From a virus (taxonomy: Duplodnaviria; Caudoviricetes), in the IMG/VR virus record IMGVR_UViG_645058824_000001, positions 1 to 64,000 of that record: 64,000 nt of DNA. One strand, given 5' to 3'. The notes below the pieces were generated by a model. That model was not told the origin of the DNA. It worked only from the letters and a program-made list of their open reading frames with translations, and ran no database searches. How positions within the stretch are numbered: position 1 is the stretch's first letter; every line of letters begins with the position of its first letter. This document shows, one piece after another, positions 44,179 to 53,745 of this stretch. Both the position numbers and the translations under genes were made by a program.

Positions 44179-44548
44179 CCTGGTGCGATGGCTGGACGAA
44201 CAGCTCACCGAGGACGAGCGGATCGTGCGGGCGGCGACGCCTGGACCGTGGGTGGCGAACAAACACGAGTACGGCGCTGAGGTTTACACCGAGGGTGGCG
44301 AAGGTGTGGCCCTCGACCACGACGCTGGCGGAGTCGGCTGGGACGACGCGGACTTCATCGCGGAGCATGATCCGACGCGGGCGCTGCGCGAGATCGACGC
44401 CAAACGGCGGCTGCTGGAGTGGCTAGAGCAGAAGAATCAGTGGGCGCTCGATAACAACCTGTGGTCCTGGGACGACGAGGAAGCGCTGCGCTTGCTGGCT
44501 CTGCCCTACGCGGCCCGGCCCGGCTACAAGGAGTCGTGGCGCCCGTAG
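44171..44548 (+). CDS. DUF6221-family protein
   Basis: DDLVRWL...FIAEHDP.R.LREIDAKRRLL...LRLLALPYA.RPGYKESWRP. Confidence 0.8.
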   Translation: MDDLVRWLDEQLTEDERIVRAATPGPWVANKHEYGAEVYTEGGEGVALDHDAGGVGWDDADFIAEHDPTRALREIDAKRRLLEWLEQKNQWALDNNLWSWDDEEALRLLALPYAARPGYKESWRP

Positions 44549-44640
44549 CCCACCACTCGAAGCGCCCTGCTGGATGACTCTGGTGGGGCGCTTCGCCGAT
44601 TCCGCCCCTACTCCCCCACCAGCCGCGTCACACTGCCGTT

Positions 44641-44835
44641 ATGGCGATCCGGGCGAGTATCCAGGCGGACACCGAGGACGAGTGCGTCGAGGGCCTGACC
44701 CAGCTGGTCGATGCGGGCTTCGTGCCGGTGATGATGCCCCGGTACATGACGGACGGCCGCTGGATGGCCCGCGCCGTACCCACACGGAAAGCACCGACCG
44801 CGGAAAGCGGCCGGGGCGCTGTTGCTGCTGGTTGA
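44641..44835 (+). CDS. hypothetical protein, leaderless
   Basis: CACACT-N6-ATG. Confidence 0.55.
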   Translation: MAIRASIQADTEDECVEGLTQLVDAGFVPVMMPRYMTDGRWMARAVPTRKAPTAESGRGAVAAG

Positions 44836-45228
44836 TCAGGCGGCCATCCAGAGTGCGGCGACCGCGAGAGCGATGACGTGCACGGCCTGGTCGACGTGCG
44901 CCGCACCGCCGTGCTTGATGAACTCCTCCTGCCCGGTGTTCTCCATCCACCAGCGGATCGGCCACCTGCGGTCGATGAACGCGTGGGTTCCGCCGATCCA
45001 GGCGAGCGCTGTGACGCTCGGCCAGACGCCGGCGCTCTGGTCGAGGAGCACGGCTGCGAGCGCGAGGGCCACTCCGCATGCCGCGACGTGCGTTCCGGCG
45101 TGCACGAGGTTGGCCCGCCATCCGGCAGCCGAGCTGTCCGCCTTGTGCGCGGCCTGGTGGTCGGTCTGCAGCGGGTAGTCCGCGGCGAGGTGGGCGACGT
45201 ACAGCAGGGCGAACAGCTCTGCGAACAT
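44836..45228 (-). CDS. DUF3307-family membrane protein
   Basis: AHLAADYPLQT...H...THAFIDR...DQAVH. Confidence 0.82.
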   Translation of the reverse strand: MFAELFALLYVAHLAADYPLQTDHQAAHKADSSAAGWRANLVHAGTHVAACGVALALAAVLLDQSAGVWPSVTALAWIGGTHAFIDRRWPIRWWMENTGQEEFIKHGGAAHVDQAVHVIALAVAALWMAA

Positions 45229-45303
45229 GAGGGCTCCGGGTTCCGTGTCGGGGTTCGGGCGGGGGCGGCCGTGCGCCTGGCAGTGGACGGCCGCCCCGGC
45301 TGG

Positions 45304-45513
45304 TTAGCGGCTGGTCTGGTCGCCGTAGACGTTCTCGGCGTAGTCACCGGCGTGGTAGTCGCCCGCGATGTGGTCGCCGCCGACGGAGATGTTCGTGGTG
45401 GTCTGGCTGCCGTACCGGGTGCCGGTGTTGATGTTCTGGCGGGTGGCGTCGACGGCACCGTTGACGATCTCGTCGGTGACCTGCTGCGCGAGCTGCTTGG
45501 GGCTGAGTCCCAT
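45304..45513 (-). CDS. hypothetical protein
   Basis: GGAGG RBS; GDHIAGDYHAGDY mini-repeats. Confidence 0.6.
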   Translation of the reverse strand: MGLSPKQLAQQVTDEIVNGAVDATRQNINTGTRYGSQTTTNISVGGDHIAGDYHAGDYAENVYGDQTSR

Positions 45514-45622
45514 GGTTTCCTCCAGGTGGGTTCGGGTTGGTGGTTCTACTGTCTCGGGGCTGTGAGTTGGTGTCGGCTCTGAGAGTGCAGACGGGGCGTG
45601 ACGGGCGTCACTCCCGGCTAGT

Positions 45623-45871
45623 TCAGGCGGCGGTGACGGTCAGGTCATGCCCGGCATGGGCGAGCGCGTCTTCGAGTGCGGCCTGCGCGCCCGACTCCTC
45701 CCACGCCGCGGCCACATCCGACCGGGCGAACACCAGCCGCAGCACGCCGTCCCGCTCCTGGACGACGGCGTGGTCGAGGAGCATGGCGGTCACCATGCGG
45801 CGGCGACGCGTCCCCGCCAACACCTCCGGCCACCACACGGGCGCCGTCTTGCTGCAGGTCATCGACTCCAT
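45623..45871 (-). CDS. hypothetical protein
   Basis: GAGGGAG RBS. Confidence 0.55.
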   Translation of the reverse strand: MESMTCSKTAPVWWPEVLAGTRRRRMVTAMLLDHAVVQERDGVLRLVFARSDVAAAWEESGAQAALEDALAHAGHDLTVTAA

Positions 45872-45882
45872 CAGGGTCTCCC

Positions 45883-46335
45883 TCACTTCCGGTTGATGGT
45901 CTTGGCCCACACGCTGCGGTTCTCGGTGTTGCGCTGGTCCTGGTAGACGGGGCCCGCGTAGTGGTGGTGGTGCTCCTCGGGCAGTGCCGCCTTGGCCTTC
46001 CCCGCGAGCCGGGCGAGGGCGAGGACCAGGGCGGTCGGCGCGCCGAACACGATGGCGCAGACGACGGGGTTGGCGAACTGGGAGTAGTACATGACGACGG
46101 CCGCAGTACCGCCGACCATCGCGGTGCTGGCTCCCCCGGCCAGCATGAGCACGCTGGCGTCGGTCGCACCCTGGCTCATCGGCGGCCGGCCGGGCTGCGG
46201 AACGGGCGGAGCGGATCCGACAACGGGAATCGGGCTGTCGTCTCTGAAGCTGGTGGGCTGGTAGGCGGCGTGGATGAGGCGGGCGGCTTCCTTCTCGGCA
46301 ACCTCCTCGCTCATCGGCATGGCAGGCTCGGTCAT
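45883..46335 (-). CDS. two-TM Pro-rich membrane protein (spread/transfer-associated type)
   Basis: Two hydrophobic segments, HHHHYAGPV tail; downstream of traB/clt. Confidence 0.65.
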   Translation of the reverse strand: MTEPAMPMSEEVAEKEAARLIHAAYQPTSFRDDSPIPVVGSAPPVPQPGRPPMSQGATDASVLMLAGGASTAMVGGTAAVVMYYSQFANPVVCAIVFGAPTALVLALARLAGKAKAALPEEHHHHYAGPVYQDQRNTENRSVWAKTINRK

Positions 46336-46344
46336 GCGGGTCTC

Positions 46345-46962
46345 CTAGTCGATTTCGCCGGTGCCGGAGCACACGGAGCAGCGGACGGTCGTGGTGTCGT
46401 GCAGGCGGGACTCGATGACGTGGGCGCCCTCGCCGCGGCAGGCCGGGCACGGGTTGATCGGCTCGGGGGTGTAGTCGGGGTCGGGTTCGTAGCCGCCGGT
46501 TTGTGCGGTCCAGGCGGCCTCGAGCGCCCCGGCCTTCGCGGCGGCGACACCGCGGCGCGCGGCCTGCTTGACCGGCTGGGTGACGGCGCGAACGGCCCGC
46601 CGCCGCTGCCTCCGCAGCGCCGGCTTGACCAGGCGCCGCCAGTAGACGCGGACCGCGGCCTTCACGTCCTCCGGCGTCACCTCCGGGTACAGCTCCCCGG
46701 CGAGGACCGCACCACCGATGGTGATCTCGAACAAGTCGGCATCCTCCGGCCGTTGACGGCCCGTCGACGCCTCCTTGATCCGCTTCAGGTCGCCGACGGT
46801 GATGAGCGGGTCTTCCCAGCTGTGGGACTGCCAGCAGTTGCCGTGTACCGGCATGGCGTCGATGAAGCTGCCGCCGTCGAGGGTGAACGCCTCCGACAGG
46901 CACTCGGGGCAGACGTAGGGAGCGCCGTCGATCGTCATCTGCTGGATTTTCAGGGTGAGCAT
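46345..46962 (-). CDS. zinc-finger protein (CxxC; C-terminal CxxCxGxG repeats)
   Basis: CPEC; CPACRGEG; CSVCSGTG. Confidence 0.65.
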   Translation of the reverse strand: MLTLKIQQMTIDGAPYVCPECLSEAFTLDGGSFIDAMPVHGNCWQSHSWEDPLITVGDLKRIKEASTGRQRPEDADLFEITIGGAVLAGELYPEVTPEDVKAAVRVYWRRLVKPALRRQRRRAVRAVTQPVKQAARRGVAAAKAGALEAAWTAQTGGYEPDPDYTPEPINPCPACRGEGAHVIESRLHDTTTVRCSVCSGTGEID

Positions 46963-46995
46963 TCGAACCTCCTCTCTCTGATCGTTCAGGGGCAC

Positions 46996-47170
46996 GGACC
47001 CTGCCCGGACCCTGTCTTCGGCTGTCGTTTGTGCAGGTCAGACCCTGCGCGGACCCTGCCCGGCATGACGTCGGCGGTGGCGGACCCTGCCCCGCCCAGG
47101 CAGGGTCGGGGCAGGGTCGTCAGCGCCGTGACCTGCATGTCTTCCAACGGGGGCAGGGTCGGGGCAGGGT
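46996..47170. repeat. clt-like locus: GACCCTG repeats arranged as a large palindrome
   Basis: Forward copies at 46997, 47008, 47041, 47052, 47083; reverse at 47101, 47112, 47154 (+47165 partial); directly 3' of traB. Confidence 0.75.
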
Positions 47171-47182
47171 GTAAACCTGGAT

Positions 47183-49279
47183 CTATCGGGCGGCGGTGAG
47201 ATCGGCGAGCCGGAACCCGCGAGCTTCCTTACCCTCCGCCGTCGCGACCTTCACCGCCTTGATGTCGAGGCCCTCAGCCGCCATCGAAGCGGCCAGGAGC
47301 TTCCCCACCCGCGCGCTGTACTGCGCATCGGTCTCATCGACCCGGTAGCCGTACCGCTCGTCGACCGTCGCGAGGTACGCGAACACCTCGGCCCGCGTCG
47401 CCTCTCCCCTGCCGGTGGCCTCGGCGGCGTCGATCAGGTGGTCCAGCAGGGTCAGGACGGCCGGAGTCGACCCGATGCGCCCCTTGCCGCTCTCGCCGCC
47501 GGCCGCCGAGGAAACGCCGGTCTCGGCGAGCAGGTACTCCTCGATCGGGTCCTTCCACTGGCCGGGGAGCCGACCGGCGGCCTTGCGGATCTCGTAGGCC
47601 TCTTCTGCCGCCCGCCGCTTGTCGTCGGGCTTGACCAGGTAAGAGCGGACCTGGATGACGCCGGTCTCCGGGGTAGACAGCCAGGCCCGGCCCGGCTGGG
47701 TCAGCGGGATCTTCGAGGCGTCGTGGCCCTGACCGGTCATGCCGTCGCCAAGAATGGTGTTCGAGGCAGTGCCCGACTCGGTGTTCATGGCGGCGCGGGA
47801 GGTGTGGTTCTGGCGGAGCCGGCCGCGGACGACGTCGACCTCGGGCACCTGGGTGAGGCTGATCAGGGTGATGCCGAGGGCGGCGCCGACGGCGGCGATC
47901 TGCGACAGGTTCTCGGTGATCTCGTCGGCGTAGGGGCTGGTGCCCTTCGGGGTGTAGGTGGCCAGCTCGTCGACGATGAAGACCTCACGGCCGCCGAGCA
48001 GCTGCATGCACTCCTCGTAGTTCTCGTCGTCGATCTTCTCGTAGCCGTGCTCGTCGAGCAGGTCGGAGCGGCGGTCCATCTCGGCGACGATCGCACGGGT
48101 GGCAAGGGCCAGCCGCTGGGCGTTGCGCTTGGTGAACGTGCCCATGATCCGCGCATAGGCGTTGTGCTCGGCGGTGCCCTTGCCGTCGAAGATCCGCACG
48201 TTGACCCACGGGTCCTTCGCCACGCCGATCAGGATGTTCGCCAGCAGCATGCCCTTACCGCGGCGGGTGGCGCCGCCCACGATGAGGCTGCTGTCCCGGA
48301 TCCACAGGGTGATGGGCTCGCCGCGCTTACCGAACGCGACCTTGATGCCATCGCGGAAGGTGTTGATCGGCCCTTCGTGGTCGAGGAGCGGGGAGCGCCG
48401 CACGATGGCGAAGGGGTCGCTGCTGGCCACCCATACCTTCAGCCGGGACTCAATGTCGCCGACTTCCAGGTCGAGCCAGTCCTGGTGGACGGCGAGCGCG
48501 GACGCGATCTGCTGCTTCCTGGCCACCGCGACTGCGGCGGGAATCCCGGACGGCAGGTCGACTTCGTAGGCGATGCCTGGGCCTTCGGTGTGGGGGATGC
48601 CGACGCCGCGGATCTCGGCGGCCCGCTTCTCGGGGACGGCTCCGGCTTCGACGAGGACCCGGCGCATGGTGTCTTCGCCAAGGTGGCTGGTGCGGGTCGG
48701 CGCCTGGATCGGGACGACCGCGGGTTCCTCGGGCCGGCCGAACCATGCGCCGGTGAAGACGAACGCGAGGGCGAGGAGGATCTGCACCCACAGTCCGCCG
48801 ACCGCGGCGGCGATCGTGCCGCCGCCGACGATGATCAGACCGCTGATGCCGGTGCGGATCCAGTGCCGCTTCTTGTGCGCCTTGAACTCGGCGCGGCGGA
48901 CCTGGAGCACGGCACGGGCTCGCGCCTCGTCGGCCGGCTTGCCCTTGGCGGCCCGGAGCATCTGCTTGGCGGACGCGATCTCCTGCCGGTAGTCGTCGTG
49001 CCGGGCTTCCCACCAGCGGAGGCAGAGGCGGCGGTAGCCGCGCACGGACCAGCCGAGGTAGTACGGCGTGTGCGTGACCTGGTACACGGTCCAGTCGATC
49101 GCGTTGTCGCGGGCGTACACGACCCACTGCCGCAGCTGCTCGCCGGAGAGCATCCAGCCGGGGCGGGGGCGCTTCTCGAACTCGTAGACGCGGGCCGGCT
49201 CGGGGTCCTTGGTGAGCGTGGCGGTGATCTGCTCCCACTCCGGATCCGGGGTGCTGCTGGGGGTCGTCTCGATGCTCAC
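47183..49279 (-). CDS. traB: TraB-type FtsK/SpoIIIE conjugative DNA translocase
   Basis: N-terminal TMs, Walker A GGATRRGKG, Walker B IVDE, GITLISLTQ, C-terminal wHTH-like region. Confidence 0.88.
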   Translation of the reverse strand: MSIETTPSSTPDPEWEQITATLTKDPEPARVYEFEKRPRPGWMLSGEQLRQWVVYARDNAIDWTVYQVTHTPYYLGWSVRGYRRLCLRWWEARHDDYRQEIASAKQMLRAAKGKPADEARARAVLQVRRAEFKAHKKRHWIRTGISGLIIVGGGTIAAAVGGLWVQILLALAFVFTGAWFGRPEEPAVVPIQAPTRTSHLGEDTMRRVLVEAGAVPEKRAAEIRGVGIPHTEGPGIAYEVDLPSGIPAAVAVARKQQIASALAVHQDWLDLEVGDIESRLKVWVASSDPFAIVRRSPLLDHEGPINTFRDGIKVAFGKRGEPITLWIRDSSLIVGGATRRGKGMLLANILIGVAKDPWVNVRIFDGKGTAEHNAYARIMGTFTKRNAQRLALATRAIVAEMDRRSDLLDEHGYEKIDDENYEECMQLLGGREVFIVDELATYTPKGTSPYADEITENLSQIAAVGAALGITLISLTQVPEVDVVRGRLRQNHTSRAAMNTESGTASNTILGDGMTGQGHDASKIPLTQPGRAWLSTPETGVIQVRSYLVKPDDKRRAAEEAYEIRKAAGRLPGQWKDPIEEYLLAETGVSSAAGGESGKGRIGSTPAVLTLLDHLIDAAEATGRGEATRAEVFAYLATVDERYGYRVDETDAQYSARVGKLLAASMAAEGLDIKAVKVATAEGKEARGFRLADLTAAR

Positions 49280-49297
49280 TGCGAGTCCTTCGGAGGG

Positions 49298-50449
49298 TCA
49301 GTGGTGGTGGCCGTTGGCGGTCGTGATCTTGCGGGCGGTGTCGGCGGCAGCGAGGCCGGCCAGCGGGTGGTACTTCACGGTTCCGGGGCGGCGCTTCGGC
49401 GGCGTCCCGCCATTGCTGCGGCGACCGTCTTCGCCCTCCTTCCGGGCGACCTTCTGAGGGGTCTTTGCGGGCTTCCCGACGGTGGGGGGCATTTGGGAAT
49501 CCACCTGCGAAGATCCAGGCCCGGAGATGAGCACTGAGGGGGCCGGGTGGAGCATCTGGAGGAGGCGCCCGCGAGTGCTTATCGGGGACCCGTTCGCGTC
49601 GTCCATCGCGGCGGCGAGGGCCTGCCGGGAGGCGAGCTGCTGGGCGTGCATGGCCGGGGTCATGCCGGGGGTGCTGGTGCCGTAGAAGATCTCCCACGCG
49701 GCGGCGAACGCTTCCTCGAACTTGAGCGTCCCGAACGGTGCGGCGGACACCAGACGCTTCGCCAGCTTCACGACGTCCTTGTGGTCCCGGTACCGCTTCC
49801 GGTTGTGCTTCGCGCGGGCTTTCTCATCGGCTCGCTTCTTCGAGTCGCCCGTGGACGCGGACAGCGTGAGGACCCACTGCCGGACCTCGAAGAAGAGAGG
49901 GCCGAGCATCGTCACCGCGGCGAGCCCGATCCCGGCGGCGGTCGCGTTGGTCTCGCTGACCCCGTGCTCGGTCAGGCTGAGCCCGTACTTGTAGTTGATG
50001 TTGGCGGCGAACCCGGCGGCGGAAAGCGACAGGCCGCGCAGGAGCCAGCGCACCCAGGCGGGCAGCTTCTTCTCGTCGGCGTAGGCGACGCCGGCTGCCA
50101 TCACCCAGGCTGCGCCCTCGACGGCGGGGCCGACCGGGAACAGCATCCAGTGGATGGCGAAGAAGTGCAGGATCTGCGCGGGCAGGGAGGCGAGCGCGGA
50201 CAGGGCGACCAGGATCAGGGTGCCCTTGCGGTACACGTTGCCGGGGGTGAGGGTCTTCTCGCGGCGAGCGGCGCGGGCCTGGCGCCGGGCGGTCTTGTCG
50301 CGCCGCGCCTGCGCTTTGACCTCGCGGTCCTCCTCGCGGTCCTTGCGGCGTTCCTCGCGACGCAGCTCGGCGTCGAACGCCTTGTTCTTCCGGCGCTCCT
50401 CGGCCTCAGCGGCCAGGTTGCGCCGACGCTCATCGTGCCAACTGGCCAC
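49298..50449 (-). CDS. transfer-associated membrane protein (DUF2637-like)
   Basis: Charged coiled coil + about 4 TMs (PVGPAVEGAAW, FAANINY); directly upstream of traB. Confidence 0.7.
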   Translation of the reverse strand: MASWHDERRRNLAAEAEERRKNKAFDAELRREERRKDREEDREVKAQARRDKTARRQARAARREKTLTPGNVYRKGTLILVALSALASLPAQILHFFAIHWMLFPVGPAVEGAAWVMAAGVAYADEKKLPAWVRWLLRGLSLSAAGFAANINYKYGLSLTEHGVSETNATAAGIGLAAVTMLGPLFFEVRQWVLTLSASTGDSKKRADEKARAKHNRKRYRDHKDVVKLAKRLVSAAPFGTLKFEEAFAAAWEIFYGTSTPGMTPAMHAQQLASRQALAAAMDDANGSPISTRGRLLQMLHPAPSVLISGPGSSQVDSQMPPTVGKPAKTPQKVARKEGEDGRRSNGGTPPKRRPGTVKYHPLAGLAAADTARKITTANGHHH

Positions 50450-50473
50450 GGCGATCGGTTTCCTCTCTCGGTT

Positions 50474-50662
50474 TCAGCTGGCGGTGACGCGGGCGCGTCG
50501 GTACAGGTGGACGTCTTCGCCCTGGCGGGCGGACGGGTGGGGGGTGAGGCCGTTGAACCGGTGCTCGCCAGGCCCGGTGGACTGCCAGGCGCGGCCCGGT
50601 CCGGGACCTCGGCTGTCGTCGGTGCGGCCGGCGCCGCCGACCTGCTCGTTACGCCAAGCCAT
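50474..50662 (-). CDS. hypothetical protein
   Basis: ATG overlaps the upstream stop. Confidence 0.5.
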   Translation of the reverse strand: MAWRNEQVGGAGRTDDSRGPGPGRAWQSTGPGEHRFNGLTPHPSARQGEDVHLYRRARVTAS

Positions 50663-50859
50663 CAGGCGACCTTGGCGGGCGTCGGCCGGTGCTTGAGCCA
50701 GGCGACGACGGCGGCGAGGAGGAGCACGGACGGCGGGATGGTCGCGATCACGGCGCCCAGCCCGGCGAGCGTCAACGTGACGGGGGCGAGGGCGGCCGGC
50801 CACAGGCCGACGGTCAGCAGGTACAGGGCGAGCAGCGCCCAGGCGGTGTAGCGGAGCAT
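50662..50859 (-). CDS. small hydrophobic Spd-like membrane protein
   Basis: Two TM segments in 65 aa within the tra block. Confidence 0.65.
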   Translation of the reverse strand: MLRYTAWALLALYLLTVGLWPAALAPVTLTLAGLGAVIATIPPSVLLLAAVVAWLKHRPTPAKVA

Positions 50860-50971
50860 GACGACCTCTCGGGGGTCGGGACGGATGGTGGGGGTGGTGG
50901 TGCTGGGCCGGTTCTCCTCACCGCCCGCACGGGGTCGGGCGGATCGGACAGCCGGTCAGCGGGTCAGCGGG

Positions 50972-51148
50972 TCAGCGGCCGAACAGTCCGCGCTTGCGGT
51001 CGCCGTAGAGGCCGCTGTCCGGGTTGGTGGTGTGGCTCTCGTGGACGCGGGCACCGCTGCTGGTCTTCACGGCCTTGTCGTCTTCGGTGGTGGCGTGGCC
51101 GCACGCCTGGCAGGGCTTGCCGGTCTCGTTCTTGCTGAACAGGCCCAT
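50972..51148 (-). CDS. small CxxC/His protein
   Basis: AGGAG RBS; CQACGH...HESH. Confidence 0.6.
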   Translation of the reverse strand: MGLFSKNETGKPCQACGHATTEDDKAVKTSSGARVHESHTTNPDSGLYGDRKRGLFGR

Positions 51149-51188
51149 GACGGGCTCCTCTCGGTTGGGTGGTCGGTCGGGCAATCGG

Positions 51189-51371
51189 TCAGCGGCGGCC
51201 GAAGCCCCAGCTGATCCACGCGCTGACCTCGTCGGTGCGGTCGGTGACGCGGCCGGACTCCAGCGCGTCGGCGCGGGCCTCCATCTCCTTGGCCTTCGTC
51301 TCCTGGCCTCGGTTGCGCAGCGTCCTCGCCGCCTCACGGTTCTTCGCGGCCTGCCTCTTCATGCGGTCCAT
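51189..51371 (-). CDS. hypothetical protein
   Basis: GGAAGG RBS. Confidence 0.6.
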   Translation of the reverse strand: MDRMKRQAAKNREAARTLRNRGQETKAKEMEARADALESGRVTDRTDEVSAWISWGFGRR

Positions 51372-51502
51372 GGGGGTCCTTCCGGATCAGGTGGATGGCT
51401 GGCGGTGCGTGCCCCGGCCTGCCTTTGCGGCTACGCCCGTGGTGGCCGGGCCGGGGCTGGTGCCGGGCGCGGCGGGGGTTCCCGCGCCCGGCAGTCGGGA
51501 GG

Positions 51503-51688
51503 TCAGGCGGTGCGTTCGACTACGAACCCGGTCCCGTTCGGGTGGGTGTGGCCACGGACTTCCTCCACCTGGGCGCCGTCGACGCTCTGCCAGAACTCGG
51601 CGTTGGTGGCCGTGATGATCGTGTTGCCGTTCGGAGTGATGACGCGGTGCGCGATCTCCTCACCGGTCTTGCTGTCGCGACGGAACAT
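51503..51688 (-). CDS. hypothetical protein
   Basis: GAGG RBS. Confidence 0.6.
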   Translation of the reverse strand: MFRRDSKTGEEIAHRVITPNGNTIITATNAEFWQSVDGAQVEEVRGHTHPNGTGFVVERTA

Positions 51689-51714
51689 GCGGTGTCCTCT
51701 CGGGCGGACGAAGG

Positions 51715-51984
51715 TCAGGCGGCGGCCGGGACGTCGTCGCGGGTGGCGAGCTCGACCCGCAAGCGAACGGCCTCCTGCCGCAGCGCCTCGTTCTCGGCGC
51801 GCAGCGTGTCCACGGAGCCCTGGAGACGCTCGGCGTGGTTGGCCATCGTCCGCAGCATCTCCACGAGCCGGACGATCAGCCGGACAGCAGTCCGGTGCGG
51901 CAGATCCGGGTCGGTGTAGTCGGCGTCGGCCGTGTCGTCGATGATCCGTCGCGCGTCACGCACGAACATGGCGGTCAGATCCAT
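51715..51984 (-). CDS. coiled-coil protein
   Basis: LQGSVDTLRAENEALRQEAVRL. Confidence 0.6.
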   Translation of the reverse strand: MDLTAMFVRDARRIIDDTADADYTDPDLPHRTAVRLIVRLVEMLRTMANHAERLQGSVDTLRAENEALRQEAVRLRVELATRDDVPAAA

Positions 51985-52022
51985 GAGAGTCCCTTCGGTG
52001 GTTGGTTGTTTGGGCAGCGAAG

Positions 52023-52253
52023 TCAGGCGGCGGCCGGCTCGTTGAAGCCGTCGAGCTCGGCCAGCAGCTCCGGGTCGGCGGCGAGACGGATCTCCGCGAC
52101 GCGGGCCCGGTCGCCGCGGGAGACGGCGGCGGCGTACTCGGCGAACAGGTCGGTGATCGACAGCACCTGGATCGCGGAGACGAGCGTCGCGGCGCGGTCC
52201 TCTCGGACGAGAACGGTGCGGGCGTGGTCGGCAGAGAACAGGTACGGAGACAT
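52023..52253 (-). CDS. hypothetical protein
   Basis: GC3 bias; typical small AICE-type ORF. Confidence 0.6.
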   Translation of the reverse strand: MSPYLFSADHARTVLVREDRAATLVSAIQVLSITDLFAEYAAAVSRGDRARVAEIRLAADPELLAELDGFNEPAAA

Positions 52254-52448
52254 GACAGGTGAGCCCTTCCGGGTCAGAGATCAGGTGGGTGGGGGGTGAT
52301 ACGAGGTTGGTGGCCGCGGGTGGCGGGCCGGAGGGGAGCCAGGAACGTCCGCCACCCGCGGCGGATCAGGGGGTCTAGCGGGGCCGGTTCTCGGACTGCT
52401 TGTTCTTCTCGCGCAGCTTCCGAAGCATCCGCTCGTAGTCCTCGGGGC

Positions 52449-52772
52449 TCACGACGCCACCCCCGTCGGATACGGGTGCGGGCCCCTCGGGCGACGAGGC
52501 AGCTCGTCCTTCGTTTTCTCGTGGGCGGCCACGAGGTGCAGGTGCCGGGCGGCCGGCTCGGGCCGGACGGTGACGAACGTCGTCCGCAGACGGGTGTTCG
52601 TCTCCGGGTCGATCACCGCGACCATCAGCCGCGGCGACTCCCCGCCGTCCCAGTCGCCCACCTGGGCGACGATCCGATCCGCCGTCTCCCGCACCGCCGT
52701 CAGACGGGCCAGGTCCGGGGTCGGCTCCGGCCGGCGCGGGCCACGCGTCGGCATCTCGTCGGAAGTCATCAC
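52449..52772 (-). CDS. hypothetical protein
   Basis: Overlaps the upstream stop. Confidence 0.5.
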   Translation of the reverse strand: MMTSDEMPTRGPRRPEPTPDLARLTAVRETADRIVAQVGDWDGGESPRLMVAVIDPETNTRLRTTFVTVRPEPAARHLHLVAAHEKTKDELPRRPRGPHPYPTGVAS

Positions 52773-52939
52773 TGGACCTCCCCGCGCATCACAGCCATGA
52801 GGAAGTCGTCCAGGACGATCGGGGCGACGTCGGAGCGGGTCGAGTCGTGGAGCTCCAGTCGACCGCCGCTGTCGAGTGCCTCGCGGATGGCCTCGCCGTT
52901 CGGGGCGGCCATGTCGATACGGGTCGGCTCGGTCATCAC
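52769..52939 (-). CDS. hypothetical protein (56 aa; not in the ORF track)
   Basis: GTG overlaps the upstream stop; MMTEPTRIDMAAPNGEAIREALDSGG... Confidence 0.5.
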   Translation of the reverse strand: MMTEPTRIDMAAPNGEAIREALDSGGRLELHDSTRSDVAPIVLDDFLMAVMRGEVQ

Positions 52940-53235
52940 GCCTCCCCGATGAGGTCGAGGCGACCGGCGGCGGCGAGCACCTCGCGGGCGGCGGCCATGA
53001 CGTCCTCCGCCGCGGCCAGCGAGTCCGCGTCGAGGTCGGTCATCTTGTCGGCCTCGGCGAGCGCGGCGAGCTGCACGGCCTTCACTGCGGCCGTCTCGTA
53101 CTGGGCGACCGCACGGACCAGCGGGAACTCGGCCTGCAGCCGGTCCAGCAGAGCGGCAGCATCGGCGGGAAGCGGGGCGGTGTCGCCCTCGCGGTCGGTG
53201 CGCTCCAGCGCACCGATAAGATCGGTGGTAGCCAA
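52936..53235 (-). CDS. hypothetical protein, first gene of the tra operon
   Basis: AGGAG RBS before the TTG. Confidence 0.6.
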   Translation of the reverse strand: MATTDLIGALERTDREGDTAPLPADAAALLDRLQAEFPLVRAVAQYETAAVKAVQLAALAEADKMTDLDADSLAAAEDVMAAAREVLAAAGRLDLIGEA

Positions 53236-53363
53236 CTTGGTCTCCTAGTCAGAACCTGTTGGTTAGGGCCGGGGCCTCGAGGTAGGAGTCGAGGACTTCC
53301 GGCCCGTCTTCATTTGTGCGCCGTCCGCGGACTGGGTCCGGTAGGAGTGGACAGCGGGACCGG

Positions 53364-53384
53364 CTTCAAGGTTGCGCCTTGAAG
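53364..53384. promoter_or_regulatory. candidate operator in the divergent tra/regulator gap
   Basis: CTTCAAGG-N5-CCTTGAAG perfect IR. Confidence 0.45.
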
Positions 53385-53490
53385 TGCGGTTGGTACGACC
53401 GTAGAGGGCCCGCCGAAGCGAGTCAAGCGGACAACTCAACTCTTCTAGTCGAGTCTTGAGCAGGCGTCGGATGGCCCGTACCCTCACGAC

Positions 53491-53745
53491 ATGGCCGACT
53501 CCCCCGACGCTCCTTTCACCCCCTACGACGAGCAGCTGCGCGCGATCCCAGACCTCAACGAGCGCTGGGCCGCCTACCTCGGTCTCGCGGAATTCCTCGA
53601 GACCGAACTGGAGCGTTGGCGGCGCCGGCAGCGGAAGGAGATCGCGCTGGGCTTCCGGGAGCAGGGGAAGACCTGGAAAGAGATCGGCGAAGCCATGGGG
53701 GGCGTCTCTTTGCAACGCGCCCACCAGTACAGCAAGGGCGAGTGA
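53491..53745 (+). CDS. HTH regulator (leaderless)
   Basis: GKTWKEIGEAMGGVSLQRAHQY; TACCCT-N6-ATG. Confidence 0.75.
   Translation: MADSPDAPFTPYDEQLRAIPDLNERWAAYLGLAEFLETELERWRRRQRKEIALGFREQGKTWKEIGEAMGGVSLQRAHQYSKGE

Noticed and set aside
45623-45871. Resemblance to the DnaX (tau) C-terminal domain
   Set aside because: Similarity too weak to support by eye; left as hypothetical
8643-49537. Very long opposite-strand or alternate-frame ORFs (e.g. 8643-10928, 14265-16463, 16662-18740, 27258-28871, 28915-31422, 47438-49537)
   Set aside because: Shadow ORFs typical of high-GC DNA; they overlap well-supported genes and have no recognisable motifs
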